From Acetobacteraceae bacterium UBA6159 (GTDB taxonomy: Bacteria > Pseudomonadota > Alphaproteobacteria > Acetobacterales > Acetobacteraceae), in assembly GCA_002422345.1 (NCBI GenBank), contig DIUL01000142.1:78064-142063 (forward strand): 64,000 bases of DNA. Direction: 5' to 3'. Below are positions 38,559 to 49,336 of the stretch, piece after piece; position 1 is the stretch's first letter; every line of letters begins with the position of its first letter. The position numbers were made by a program, and so were the translations under genes. The notes under the pieces are model-generated. The model was not told where the DNA came from. It worked only from the letters and a program-made list of their open reading frames with translations, and made no database searches.

Positions 38559-38846
38559 ATGCGTAGCTCCCTTATCGCCGCCTCGTTCGCCACCGTTGCC
38601 ATGGTGTCCGTGGCGGCGCCTGCCCTTGCCCAGGCGCCTCGCCCGGTGCCGCCCCCCCCGACGGTCGCCGTCGAGATCAAGCCTGGCGCGACCTATACGT
38701 TTTCCCCGGGTCACCTGACCGTGGTCGGCGCGGGTGCCGTTGCCGGGTATGTGGTCGGGAACATGCTGTTCATGGGCAACCTGATGCCGGTGCTGGGCGG
38801 CGTGGCCGGTGGGTTCGCGGCGAATTACTGGTACTTCAACCGCTAG
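38559..38846 (+). CDS. small exported/membrane hypothetical protein
   Basis: Signal-peptide-like N-terminus (ALAQA), Pro linker, Gly-zipper-like hydrophobic C-terminus; GGAAGG upstream. Confidence 0.65.
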   Translation: MRSSLIAASFATVAMVSVAAPALAQAPRPVPPPPTVAVEIKPGATYTFSPGHLTVVGAGAVAGYVVGNMLFMGNLMPVLGGVAGGFAANYWYFNR

Positions 38847-38911
38847 GCATCAGTCGGCGGAGCGCCGCGGGTGTGGGGCCGATAGGCTGCCGCGCCCTGA
38901 GGCATTGCCAG

Positions 38912-38945
38912 GCGGACATTCGTGGTCCTCGCCACGCATGTCCGC
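38912..38945. terminator. hairpin between convergent genes (possible terminator)
   Basis: GCGGACAT-T-CGTGG / CCACG-C-ATGTCCGC gives a 13-bp stem with one mismatch; no clear U tract. Confidence 0.35.
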
Positions 38946-39025
38946 TTGGGGCATGTCCGCGTGCACGCCTTCCGCCTGGGTCCGGGGCCGGCCTGGCCCC
39001 GGGTGCCGCCTTTCACGGTGGCGTT

Positions 39026-40087
39026 TCATGACATTGTCTGGTCGGTTTCCTCCAGCCAGGCGCGCAGCAGCGTATATGTGACCCCCAGGATCACCGGGCC
39101 GATGAACAGCCCCACCAGGCCCAGCGACAGGATGCCGCCGATCACCCCCACCAGGATCAGCAGCAAGGGCAGGTCGGCGCCGCGCCGTATCAGGAACGGA
39201 CGCAGGAAATTGTCCATCGTCACCGCGATCGTGCTGATCGCCGCCAGGACAACGCCCGAGACGATAGATCCCTCGCTGAACAGCCAGATCGTCGCGGGAA
39301 GCAGCACCAGGGTAGGGCCAAGCTGCGCGACGCACAGCATCATCATGACGGCGGTCAGGATCGGCGCCTGTGGCACGCCCGACACCGCGAGCCCGATGCC
39401 GCCCACCACCGACTGGGCCACCGCCGTGATCACGACGCCCAGGGCCACGCCCCGGATCGCCTGACCGGCCAGGATCACCACGTCCTCTCCCTTGGCCCCG
39501 GCCAGCCTGAAGCCGAACCGGCGGCAGATCGCGGCGGCGGCCTCTCCTGAACTGTAGAGAACGGCCGAGATCGCGATCGTCAGCACAAGCTGCACGAACA
39601 GCCCGCCCAGGCCGCCGACCGCGCCGACGAACCATTGGGTCACGGTGCCGGCATAGGGGGTGAGTTGTTTGGCGACCTCTCCCACGCCCAGGTTGGCCAT
39701 CGCCGTCCAGCGCTCCACGATCGTCGGCCCGACCATCGGCAGGCCGGCGACCCAATCGGGCAGCGCCGGCAGATGGAAGTCGGGCAGGGCGTCGATCAGG
39801 GCGGCGATCCGGTCGGACTGCCCGACGATGGTCGTGATCGCGAGCCACAGCGGGATCAGCACGATCATCACCAGCACCAGGGTCATCACCGCAACGGCCG
39901 GCCCTCGGCGGCCGCCCAGAACCGACTGCACGCGCAGCATGACGGGCCAGGAGGCGATGACCAGCGTCGTGGCCCAGACCGTGGCGGCGAGGAAGGGTTG
40001 GATGATGGCGAAGGAACCGGCCATCAGGCCGGCGATGAACATGATCGCGAGCGTGTTGCGGGCAAGGTCCCGCGGCATTTCGCTCAT
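39026..40087 (-). CDS. ydiK: AI-2E family transporter (YdiK-like)
   Basis: DLARNTL, IASWP, LAGQAIRGVALGVV.TA, AQLGP, DNFLRP.LIRRGADLP, GLFIGPV; AGGAG RBS. Confidence 0.88.
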   Translation of the reverse strand: MSEMPRDLARNTLAIMFIAGLMAGSFAIIQPFLAATVWATTLVIASWPVMLRVQSVLGGRRGPAVAVMTLVLVMIVLIPLWLAITTIVGQSDRIAALIDALPDFHLPALPDWVAGLPMVGPTIVERWTAMANLGVGEVAKQLTPYAGTVTQWFVGAVGGLGGLFVQLVLTIAISAVLYSSGEAAAAICRRFGFRLAGAKGEDVVILAGQAIRGVALGVVITAVAQSVVGGIGLAVSGVPQAPILTAVMMMLCVAQLGPTLVLLPATIWLFSEGSIVSGVVLAAISTIAVTMDNFLRPFLIRRGADLPLLLILVGVIGGILSLGLVGLFIGPVILGVTYTLLRAWLEETDQTMS

Positions 40088-40152
40088 GGGTGGGTGGTCT
40101 CCTGGCGACGCGGGAAACCTAGAGGGCGCTTCGGGTCCAGGCAATCAGGGGC

Positions 40153-41088
40153 ATGGGCATGTTCGTTCTGCCACGCGCCCATCTGGATCGTTGGCGCGTG
40201 GCGGGCCGGCCTGTAGTCTGGTGCGGCGAACCATCCCGGTTCGGCGCCTGGTTGGAACGCATTGTCCTGACGCTGCTGGTTCTCCTTCGTTCTGTCCTGG
40301 CCTGCCGGCCGGCCTGGTTCCTGCTGGGACTGGCGCTGGGGTTGTCGGCCGAACCGAGCGCGCCGCTGGCCGCGGGGCCGGATGATCCCGCCGTGCTGTG
40401 CGCCGACGCCCTGCGAACGGCCGAGGCCCGCTACGCCACCCCACCCGGCCTGCTGGAGGCCATCGCCAAGACCGAGAGCGGCCGCGGGATCGGCCCGGGC
40501 GGCACCGTGCGCGCCTGGCCTTGGGCGGTGAACATCGGCGGCGCCGGGCGGTATTTCGAAACCCGGGACGCCGCCATCCTGGCGGTCCGGCAGGCCCTGG
40601 CGGCGCGGGCGGGCTATGTCGATGTCGGCTGCATGCAGGTGAACCTGCAATTCCACCCGCTCGCGTTCCGGTCGCTGGAGGAAGCCTTCGACCCCGCGGC
40701 GAATGTCGACTATGCCGCGCGCTTCCTGGTCAGCCTGCGGGATGCGGCGGCCGGGAACTGGTTCGTCGCGGTCGGGATGTATCACTCCCGCTCCCCCGAC
40801 CTCGCGGCGGTGTACCGCGAACGGGTGACGATGGCAGGGTCGCAGATCCGCCCCGCGGGAAGGGGCAAGGTGCGGATCACGCTCGCCAACGGCCATGTCG
40901 TGACGATCAACGTCAACCGCCAGCCGTCCCGCGTCCGCCGCCACCGTTCGCCGTGTGAGGTCGCGACGATCCTGGGCCCCTATCTGGCGGCGGGGGCGCG
41001 TGCCCGGGCCTGTGCCCCGGCATCCACACCCTCATCCACTCCGGCATCCACCCCGCCATCCACCCCGGCGGCGGGCCGGCCTGGATGA
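40153..41088 (+). CDS. lytic transglycosylase (SLT domain) protein
   Basis: AIAKTESG (catalytic Glu), WPW.VN, DVGCMQVN, FDP..NV.YAA.FL, YHS. True start may be further downstream. Confidence 0.85.
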   Translation: MGMFVLPRAHLDRWRVAGRPVVWCGEPSRFGAWLERIVLTLLVLLRSVLACRPAWFLLGLALGLSAEPSAPLAAGPDDPAVLCADALRTAEARYATPPGLLEAIAKTESGRGIGPGGTVRAWPWAVNIGGAGRYFETRDAAILAVRQALAARAGYVDVGCMQVNLQFHPLAFRSLEEAFDPAANVDYAARFLVSLRDAAAGNWFVAVGMYHSRSPDLAAVYRERVTMAGSQIRPAGRGKVRITLANGHVVTINVNRQPSRVRRHRSPCEVATILGPYLAAGARARACAPASTPSSTPASTPPSTPAAGRPG

Positions 41089-41366
41089 GGATCGGGCTGG
41101 CGATCCTGGTCGCTGTGGTGTTCGGAGCGATGCTGCTGTTCGACACGGCGGCGTTGGTGCTGCTGACGGCCGACTGCGTCTCGGGCGGCTGCGGGGTCGA
41201 TCCGGTCTGGATCGCGGCCAGCTCGGCGGGGCTGGTGGCCGCCGTGGCGCTGTCGTCCTGGTGGAGCCGCCGGCGGTCGGCGCGGAAGACCGGCGGCGGC
41301 AAGGCGCCTGCCCGCCGCAAGCCGGCCGGGAAGGCCAGGAGCCCCCGCAAGCGGCGGGCGAAGTAG
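41085..41366 (+). CDS. small hypothetical membrane protein
   Basis: ATGA overlap with the SLT gene; two hydrophobic helices and a basic tail. Confidence 0.55.
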   Translation: MRIGLAILVAVVFGAMLLFDTAALVLLTADCVSGGCGVDPVWIAASSAGLVAAVALSSWWSRRRSARKTGGGKAPARRKPAGKARSPRKRRAK

Positions 41367-41418
41367 GCGGGCTGGGATTGTCTTGAACCCTCCGGCGGGA
41401 GCGGGGTAGTACGCTCGC

Positions 41419-42165
41419 ATGGCCGCCACGAAGACCAGCCTGACCCTGTTCGCCTTGCTGCTGCTTGTGCCGGTCGCCGTCTCGGCGGTGCTGCACCAGG
41501 CGCATGGGGTCGGGCCGAACTGGCAGACGGCCGACCGGTCCAGCGCCGCGTTGCTGCCGCCGCCGGCGGATCATCCGGGGGCGGTGGTTCGGGTGATGGC
41601 CGCGCGGACGGTGCGCTGGCGGGGCATCTTCGCCGTGCATTCCTGGATCGTCTATAAGCCCGAGGGCGCGTCGGCCTATATCCGCCACGACTACACGGCC
41701 TGGGGCGACCCGATCCGGCGCAACGGGTTCGAACCGGATGGCCGCTGGTTCGGCCGCACGCCGGAGGTGCTCTTCGCCGCCGATGGTCCGGCGGCCGCCG
41801 CGATGATCCCGCGGATCGAGGCCGCCATCGCCGCCTATCCCCTGCGGGCACGCGGCGATTACCAGGTCTGGCCTGGCCCGAACTCCAACACCTTTGTCGC
41901 CGCGGTGATGGAGGCGGTGCCCGAGGCCCGCCTGGTCCTGCCGCCCACGGCGATCGGCAAGGATTTTCCCCATGACGGGCGGTGGCTGCGGCTGACGCCC
42001 TCGGGCACCGGGGTGCGGCTGAGCCTGGGCGGGTATGCCGGACTGACGGTCGGCTGGGTGGAGGGGGTGGAGGTCAACCTCCTCGCGGCCGTGGTGGGGA
42101 TCGATGTGCGGCGTCCGGCGCTGAAGGTGCCAGGGGTGGGACGGATCGGAATGGCGGCGGGGTAG
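41419..42165 (+). CDS. DUF3750-like protein
   Basis: W..ADRSSA.LLP, WRGIFAVHSWI, PDGRWFG, Y..WPGPNSNTFVA, LPPTAIGKD. Confidence 0.8.
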   Translation: MAATKTSLTLFALLLLVPVAVSAVLHQAHGVGPNWQTADRSSAALLPPPADHPGAVVRVMAARTVRWRGIFAVHSWIVYKPEGASAYIRHDYTAWGDPIRRNGFEPDGRWFGRTPEVLFAADGPAAAAMIPRIEAAIAAYPLRARGDYQVWPGPNSNTFVAAVMEAVPEARLVLPPTAIGKDFPHDGRWLRLTPSGTGVRLSLGGYAGLTVGWVEGVEVNLLAAVVGIDVRRPALKVPGVGRIGMAAG

Positions 42166-42213
42166 GGGCGTACGGACCTCTTCGGCTCTCTCTTCCCACG
42201 GCCGGGGCGGCGG

Positions 42214-42254
42214 CCCCCCTCACCCCAGCCCTCTCCCGCAAGGGGGAGGGGGGG
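42214..42254. repeat. intergenic REP-like stem-loop (CCCCTCACCCCAGCCCTCTCCC-GCAA-GGGGGAGGG type)
   Basis: Hairpin CCCTCTCCC/GCAA/GGGGGAGGG preceded by CCCCTCACCC; this repeat form is common in alphaproteobacterial intergenic DNA. Confidence 0.7.
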
Positions 42255-42347
42255 CGATGTACGAACCTCCGCGCCCGCTTGCCAGTTCCCCCAAACACCC
42301 CCATCGTTCACCCAGTGAAAAAATGTCCAGGAAACGAGGCAACAGCA

Positions 42348-43445
42348 ATGGCGGACAAAATTCGCGTCGGCATGGTCGGCGTCACGCCCAGCCGGGGGTT
42401 CTCCTCGATCGCCCATATGCCGGCCCTGAAGGCGCTGCCGGATTTCGAGGTCGTGGCCCTCTGTACCACCCGCCAGGAATCGGCCGAGGCCGCCGCGGCG
42501 CATTACGGCGTCCCGCTCGCCTTCGCCGACGCCGCGGCCATGGCGCAGCACCCGGAGGTCGACCTCGTGACCGTCTGCGTGAAGGTGCCCGACCACTTCA
42601 CCCCGGTCATGGCCGCCATCGACGCCGGCAAGCACGTCTATTGCGAATGGCCCCTCGGCCGGAACACCGAGGAGGCGATCCAGATGCTCAGCGCCGCGGA
42701 GGGGCGCGGCGTGCGCCATGCCATCGGGTTGCAGGGGCGGGTGTCGCCCGCGATCAACTACGTCAAGGATCTGATCGCTCAGGGCTATGTCGGCAAGCCG
42801 CTGTCGGGGACGCTGTTCGTCAACGCGGCGAACTGGGGGGCCACGCTGGATCGTGCCTACCAGGCCGATTTCGCCAATGGCGCCAACATGATGACCATCA
42901 CCGGCGGGCACAACCTGGACCTGCTGTGCCATATCCTGGGGGAGTTCCGGGAACTCTCGGCCTTCGCCGTCAGCCAGCGGACCCATATCCCGCTGGAAGG
43001 CACTGGAGAGATGATCCCGATGGATGTGCCCGACCAGCTGGTCGTCAGCGGGATCGTGGGGGACGGCACGGTCGTCTCGGTCCAGGTGCGCGGCGGCATG
43101 ACGCGGGGGCACGAGTTCCTGCTTGAAATCCATGGCACCGAGGGCGACCTGGTGCTGGCGGCGACCGCCCGGACCTCCACCCAGAGGCAGGAGCTGACCG
43201 TCCAGGGCGCGCAGGGGGCGGGGAAGCCGCTGGCCGACCTGCCGATCCCGGCGTCCTATCGCTGGGTGCCGGCCGATGCGCCCACGGGTTCGCCCTACAA
43301 CGTCGCCCAGCTCTACGCGAAGCTGGGGGAGTCGATCCGGACCGGCACGCCGATGCACCCGGGTTTCGACGACGCGGTCCGGCGCCACCGGATGCTGGAC
43401 ATGATCACCGCCTCGGCCAGCACCGGACGCCGCGTCACAGGCTGA
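42348..43445 (+). CDS. Gfo/Idh/MocA family oxidoreductase
   Basis: [45 protein letters not shown]. Confidence 0.9.
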   Translation: MADKIRVGMVGVTPSRGFSSIAHMPALKALPDFEVVALCTTRQESAEAAAAHYGVPLAFADAAAMAQHPEVDLVTVCVKVPDHFTPVMAAIDAGKHVYCEWPLGRNTEEAIQMLSAAEGRGVRHAIGLQGRVSPAINYVKDLIAQGYVGKPLSGTLFVNAANWGATLDRAYQADFANGANMMTITGGHNLDLLCHILGEFRELSAFAVSQRTHIPLEGTGEMIPMDVPDQLVVSGIVGDGTVVSVQVRGGMTRGHEFLLEIHGTEGDLVLAATARTSTQRQELTVQGAQGAGKPLADLPIPASYRWVPADAPTGSPYNVAQLYAKLGESIRTGTPMHPGFDDAVRRHRMLDMITASASTGRRVTG

Positions 43446-46400
43446 AACTGGCGCCCGTCAGCGTATGGGTGCCCAGCAGCCGGATCGCGAAGTCAGCCGA
43501 ACCGTCCCCGGTCACGTCGCCTGACACCAGGGTCGCGCCGCCCGAGACCTCGGACCGCAATTCCCCCGCCAGGCCCGAGAAGCCGGCGGCGCCGATGAAG
43601 GTGAAGGCCTGGTCCCCCGGGGCCAGGCTGTCGGCGTCCAGTGCGCCCAGTCCGATCAGGTCGCCCGCCAGGGCCGAGTAGTCCCCGATCACGTCCTGCC
43701 CCGCCGCCGCGACGGTGGAGTCCGACAGCGCGAGCAGGGCAAAGACATCCGGTCCGGCCCACCCGTACAGCGTGTCGGCACCGCCATCCCCGATGATCGT
43801 ATCGCCGCCCGCGCCGCCGAAGATCGTGTTGGCGAAGCCGTTGCCGCGCAACGCGAGGCCGGTGATCCCGGCATTGGCCGCCAGGAACTCGATTTCCGAA
43901 TTCAGGGGCAGCGCGTAGCCGACGCTCGCATGGACGGTGTCATAGCCCTCTCCGGCGGCCTCGATGGCGAGGTCCCCGGCATCGTCGACCGCGTGGATGT
44001 CGTTGCCCGCCCCGGCGACCGAGCGGTTGGCGCCGGCCGCGAACAGCACGTCGGGGCCGACGGTGCCCATGGCGACGTTGGTGGTGGCCGATGCCGCCGA
44101 GGTATTCCCAGCGAGATCGGTGGCCTTGGCGCTCAAGCCGTGGCTGCCGACGCCGAGCGCGAGGGGGATCGCCCAGGTTCCGGTGGTGGTGGCGGTGGTG
44201 GTGGCGATCTGGGTCGCGCCGTCGAAGACCGTGATCTTGGCGCTGGCTTCGGCGGTGCCGGATGCCGTGGTGGTTGTGATGGCGCCGAACACCGGGGCCG
44301 CGGGCGCCTTCGTGTCGATCGTTACCGACAAGGGCGTGGCCGACAGCGCGCTGACATTGCCGGCGAGGTCGGTCTGGCGCGCCCGCAGCGTGTGCGTGCC
44401 ATCGGTCAGGGCGGACGTCTTGATGATCCAGTTGCCGCTGGCGTTCACCTGTGCCGAACCGATCGCCGCCCCGGCCCGGAACAGGGTGACGGTGGCGCCG
44501 ATCTCACCCTTGCCCAGGATGTTCGGGGTCGACAGGTTCGTCACGTTGTCGGTGTTCGATGTCCCCCTGTCCGAGGCCGCCTGCATGTCCAGCCCGGTCG
44601 GTGCGCTCGCGCTGGTGTCGATGGTGACCGACAGGGCGGCCGAGGCCACGCCGGTGTTGCCCGCGGCATCGGTGGCCCGTGCCGTGATCGCATGCGCGCC
44701 GGGGGTGAGCGCCGAACTGACGATCGCCCAAAGCCCGGCGCCATCCGCCAGCGCCGAACCGATCTGGGTCGCGCCATCGAACAGGCTGACCGTGGCGCCG
44801 GCCTCGGCGGAACCGGTGAAGGTCGGGGTCGTGGTTTTCGTGATGTTGTCCGCGTTCAACGCCCCGGTATCGGACGCGGCCGCGAGGTCCGGTGTGCCGG
44901 GGGCGCCGGGCGGCGTAAGGTCGATCTCCACGTTCGTGGTGCCGAGGATGTAGTTCATCGCGAACCCGGTCCCGGCGGTGCCGGAGACGAGCGTGAAATC
45001 GACGGTCACGGTCAGGGCGGCGACGTTGGCGACGTCGCCGAGGTTGACCGCGTTGTCGTCGAAATAGGTCTGCGCGGCGGCGAGCGTCGTGAAGCTCTGG
45101 CTGACCTGGCTGACGCCATCCAGCGTCACCGAGAAGCCCAGGCTGCTGAAGCCCGCCCCGAAGGACTGGGTGTCGAGCAGGCCCAGCACGAGATCGCCCG
45201 ACAGCGTCAGCGTATTGACCGTCCAGGTCGTGGTGCTGGCGTAGGTGCGGCTGCCGGTGGCGTCGGGCGAACGCACCGCGCCATGCATGCCGGTCGCGAG
45301 CACCGAGGCTGACGGCCCGCCCAAGGCCGCCTTCACGTCCAGGTTGGCGCCGAGGCTGGTGGTCACGAACCCCGCGTTCGGCAGGGCGGTGGCGCCGCCG
45401 TAGCTCTCGAACAGGGTGCCGTAGAAGATCGGCGTCGGTGAGATGGCGTTGGCGACGGCCAGCGCGGTCGCCGAACTGCCCACCTGCGCCGTGGCGGAGG
45501 CGGACGCGACCGAGATGAAACCCGCCGTATGGGTCAGCGCGGCGCCATTCGCCTGTCCGCCGCTCCCGTCCCCGGTGGCCGAGGCGGTGGCCTGCTGCCC
45601 AGCGGCGGTCGTGGCGCTCGCGGTGGCATTGGCGGTTCCCTGGGTGGTGCCGGCGCCGCCCTGGGCGACGGCGGTGGCTTCGGCCGTTGCGTCCAGCCCG
45701 AGGCCGATCGACGTCGCGATCGACGTCGCCTTGGAGGGGCCGCCGGTCGCGGCGACGGCGCTGTTCAGCTTGCCGCCGGAGCCGCCGAACGCGGTGGCAT
45801 AGGTGGTGACCTTTCGCGCGCCGGTCATGTCGACGAAGCTGCCGCCGGCCGAACCGCCGGCGCCGCCATAGCCGGTGGCGAAGCCGCTGAGGACGGCGGC
45901 GTCGACGGTGTTGGCGGTGGCGTCGTTGAAGGTCAGGTTGGACATGCCGGCGCCGCCATTGCCGCCGCTGGCGCCCTCGCCTTCCCCGCCGTCGCCGCCA
46001 CGGACCACTTGGCGCAGGGTCAGCGTCCCGCCCGTCGTCCCGCCGGTCGCCGTATTGGTCAGGGTCGTGTTGGCGCCGGCGCCGCCGATCGCGCCGGCGG
46101 TGGCCTTGCCGCCCTTGCCACCGTTCAACAGCGTGTAGGCATAGGCCGACCGGCCGAAGGCCTGGGCGGTGGCGCCGCCGTTGCCGCCATTGCCGCCGCG
46201 ATTGCCGGTGCCGGCGCCGTAGCCCCCCGCGCCGCCATGCGCGCTGGCCCGCGCCGTCGCGCTCTCGATCACGGACGACGTGGTCGCGGCGCTGCTGGCG
46301 CTGGCCGTCGCGCCGCCGGTCCCGTTGCCCAGGCCCGAGAAGACCGATCCGCCGACGCCGCCCGTCGCGACCGCGCTCGCATCGACCTTCCGCGCGTTGG

Positions 46401-49126
46401 TCAGCGTGATGGCGGCGGTTGCCACGCCGGCCTTGCCCCCGCTGGTGCCGCCGCCACCGAGGCCGCCCGTCGCCTCGGACCGGCCGTCGAGCCAGGTGGA
46501 CGCGGTCGGGTTGCCGGTTTCGTTGAACGTGAGGGCGGAAACGCCGTTCGCCCCGGCCCCGCCCGCGGCGGCGGTGCCGAAGCCACCGCGTCCGCCCTCG
46601 GCCTTTTGGATCAGGGTCAGGACGCCGCCATCGGCGATGCCGGTGACGGCGTCGGTCAGGCTGCTGGCCGAACCGGTGCCACCCTTGGCGCCGCGATAGC
46701 CATAGCCACCCGCCCCGCCGATCTGGTGGGCGGTCGCTGTGGCGTCCCGCCCCCGGGCGCTCGCGGTGGTGCCGCTGGCGATCCCGCCCGCGCCGCCGCT
46801 TCTGGCCGGCGCCGCCGCCCACGCCGCCCTTGCCGCCCTGGGCCCGGGCATAGCCGGTGGCGGCCTTCAGCCCGGTGGAAATGGCCGCCGCGGTGGCGGC
46901 AGTGGCCGCCCCGCCGGCCGCCCCATTGGCGATGGCTGGCCCCACCGCCCAGCCGCCATCCCCGCCCCGGACGGCGACCGAGGCGTCGGCGGTGTTCACG
47001 GCGGTGATGGTGGCGGACGCGGTGGCCGCCCCGCCGGCTGTCGCCACCTTGGCGTCGCCGCCCCTGCCGCCGATCGCTAGGACCACGGCTCGCGTGCTTG
47101 CCGCGTCGATCGCGTTGAAGGTCGCGTCGTTGAAGGTCAGGTGCGACGCGGCCGTCCCGGCGGCTCCACCGTTTCCGGTGTCGGAACCGCCGGCATAGCC
47201 CCCGGACGCGACCTGGCGCAGCAGCAGGTCGCCGCCGGTCGTGGTCGCGGTCGCCGCGTTGGTCAGGCTGGAGGCGATCCCGGAGCCGCCCTGCGCGCCA
47301 TCGATGCCCCTGCCACCCGCGCCGCCAAACTGCGAGACGCGGGCATAGGCGTGATGCCCGCTCGCATGGATCGTCCCGGCGGTGGCCGATCCGCCCAGGC
47401 CGCCGCTGTTGCCGGCCCCCCGGCCCGCGCCACCGCTGCCGCCATAGACCCGCAGGATCGCCGTCGCCTGCTGGCTGGCGGACTGTGTCGTCGCCCTGGC
47501 GTTGCCGCTCGCGGCGCCGCCGGCGGCGCCCTGGCCAGGACCGGTCAGCGCGAAGCCGCCGCCGGTGCCGCCCCGCACGAAGGCGGTCGCGACCACCTTG
47601 CCGGCGCCGGTGGCGTCGACCGTGGCGCCGCCCGAGGCGCCATCGGACGCGGTGCCGCCGGTGCCGCCCTCGCCGCCAAAGGCCGAACTCGAAGCCTGGA
47701 GATAGGATGCGGTGGTCGGGTTCGCGATGACGTCGTTGAAGGACAGGCTGGAGGTGGCGGCGCCGGCCGCCCCGGCCAAACCGAGCACCGTGCCTCTCCC
47801 GTCGCCCGCCCGTCCGCCCTGCGCGATCTGGGTGAGGGTCAGCGAGCCCCCGGTGGTCCGGCCGCCGACCTTGTCGACCAGGGTGCTGGCCGCGCCGGCC
47901 CCGCCCTTGGCGCCGTTGCTGCCATAGCCGCCGGCGCCGCCGGTCTGCTTGGCATAGGCGGTGGCGTTCCGGCCGGTCGCGGTCGCCAGCACGACGCTGG
48001 CCACGCCGCCCGCACCACCCTGCCGTCCCGCGCCGACGCCGCGTCCGCCCAGGCCGCCCACGGCGATCGCCCGCGCGGTCGCGCCGTAGAGGGTAGAGGT
48101 CGAGGTGGCGCGCGCCGTGGCCAAGGCGGCGCCCCCCGAGGCACCATTGCCCAGGCCCTGGCCGGTTCCGTCCACCAGGGCAAATCCGCCCAGCCCGCCC
48201 TGGGCCGTGGCGGTGGCATTGACCGTGGCGGCGCCGGTCAGGGTGATGCTCGCGGTCCCCTTGCCCCCGGCGGTCGCGGTCTTGCCCATCCCGCCGCCGC
48301 CGGCGACGGCCGTGCTCTGCCCGTCGATGACGCTGGTGAGGGCGCCGGTCAGGCTGCTGAACGTCAAGGCGGAGGTCGCCGCCCCCGCGTTGCCGGCCTT
48401 GGCGGCGCCGCTGTAGCCGCCGGCGCCGCTTCGCGCGGTCTGGCGGAGTTCGAGAGTGCCGTTGTTGGCCGAACCCGACACGGCGTTGGTCAGGACGCTG
48501 GACGCGCCCGTCCCGCCGGTCGCGCCGGCGAACCCCGTGCCGCCCTGGCCACCAGTCTGGATGGCGGAGGCATAGGCGTTGTTGCCGCCCTGGGCCTCGG
48601 CGCCGGTGGCCGATGCGCTGCCTCCGATCCCGCCGCTGTATCCCGCGCCATAGCCGGTCCCGCCATTGCCGCCGGTCGCCTGGGCCATGGCATGGGCGGC
48701 GCCCGTGGCGTTCGTCGCGCCGGCATGGCTGGACGCGCCGCCGCCGATGCCGCCGTTCGCCCCCGCCCCGGTTGTCGCCGTCAGGTGGTTGCCTGGCTGC
48801 CCCGCCTGGCCGCCCGCCCCACCCTGGCTGTCGGCCATGGCCTGGATGGCCGTCGCGACCGACAGGGCCATCGTCACACTGGCATATCCGCCCCCGCCAT
48901 TGCCTCCGCCGCCCGCCTTGCCGCCGATGCCCGTGGGATTGTCCGCCCCGTTGCCGCCCTTGCCGCCGGCCCCGCCGGTCGCCGCCCCGAGGTTGATCGT
49001 GTCGACGCCGTTGCCGGGGTTGAACACGCTGACCAGGCCGCCCGGGCCGCCTGCCGCTCCGGCCGAACCGGGAAGCGCGCCGTTCGCACCGTTCGATCCC
49101 GGTGATCCGGTCAGGATGACGTCCAT
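43435..49126 (-). pseudogene. giant Gly/Ala/Thr-rich repeat surface protein with Ig-like domains and RTX/serralysin-type C-terminus, interrupted by a +1 frameshift near 46800
   Basis: Two listed ORFs (44504..49246 and 43435..46851) join into about 1896 aa if one base is removed at CAG-AAGC-GGC. Five ~200-aa repeats continue across the break. Ig-like repeats ([21 protein letters not shown]). C-terminus [19 protein letters not shown] and DQAFTFIG...F...[19 protein letters not shown]. Confidence 0.85.
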
Positions 49127-49336
49127 GGGGGGCTCCGAGACTGGGGGTGACGGCGGCCGGTCATTCCCGCCTCTTTTCGATAGAACGACGCACCGAATGT
49201 TACCGACGCTCCTCCGCATCCCGCAACATTCGTCCCGCCCCGGCATGCGCGCATCCGTCGGGCCACGGAAGCGGTGGATTGCCGGGCCGGATCATGGCAT
49301 GGATCGCGCGCATGCACCTGGTGACCGGAGACCTCG

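Noticed and set aside
41017..41068. 12-bp tandem repeats (PAST/PSST) at the end of the SLT gene
   Set aside because: Short low-complexity coding tail with no spacers; not CRISPR.
44504..46795. Arg-rich C-terminal half of the listed 1580-aa ORF
   Set aside because: Out-of-frame read-through after the frameshift; the Gly/Ala repeat continues in the other frame.
49295..49310. Possible sigma-54 promoter TGGCATGGATCGCGC before the TIGR03032-like gene
   Set aside because: GG-N10-GC spacing fits, but the -12 element lacks TT; too weak in GC-rich DNA.
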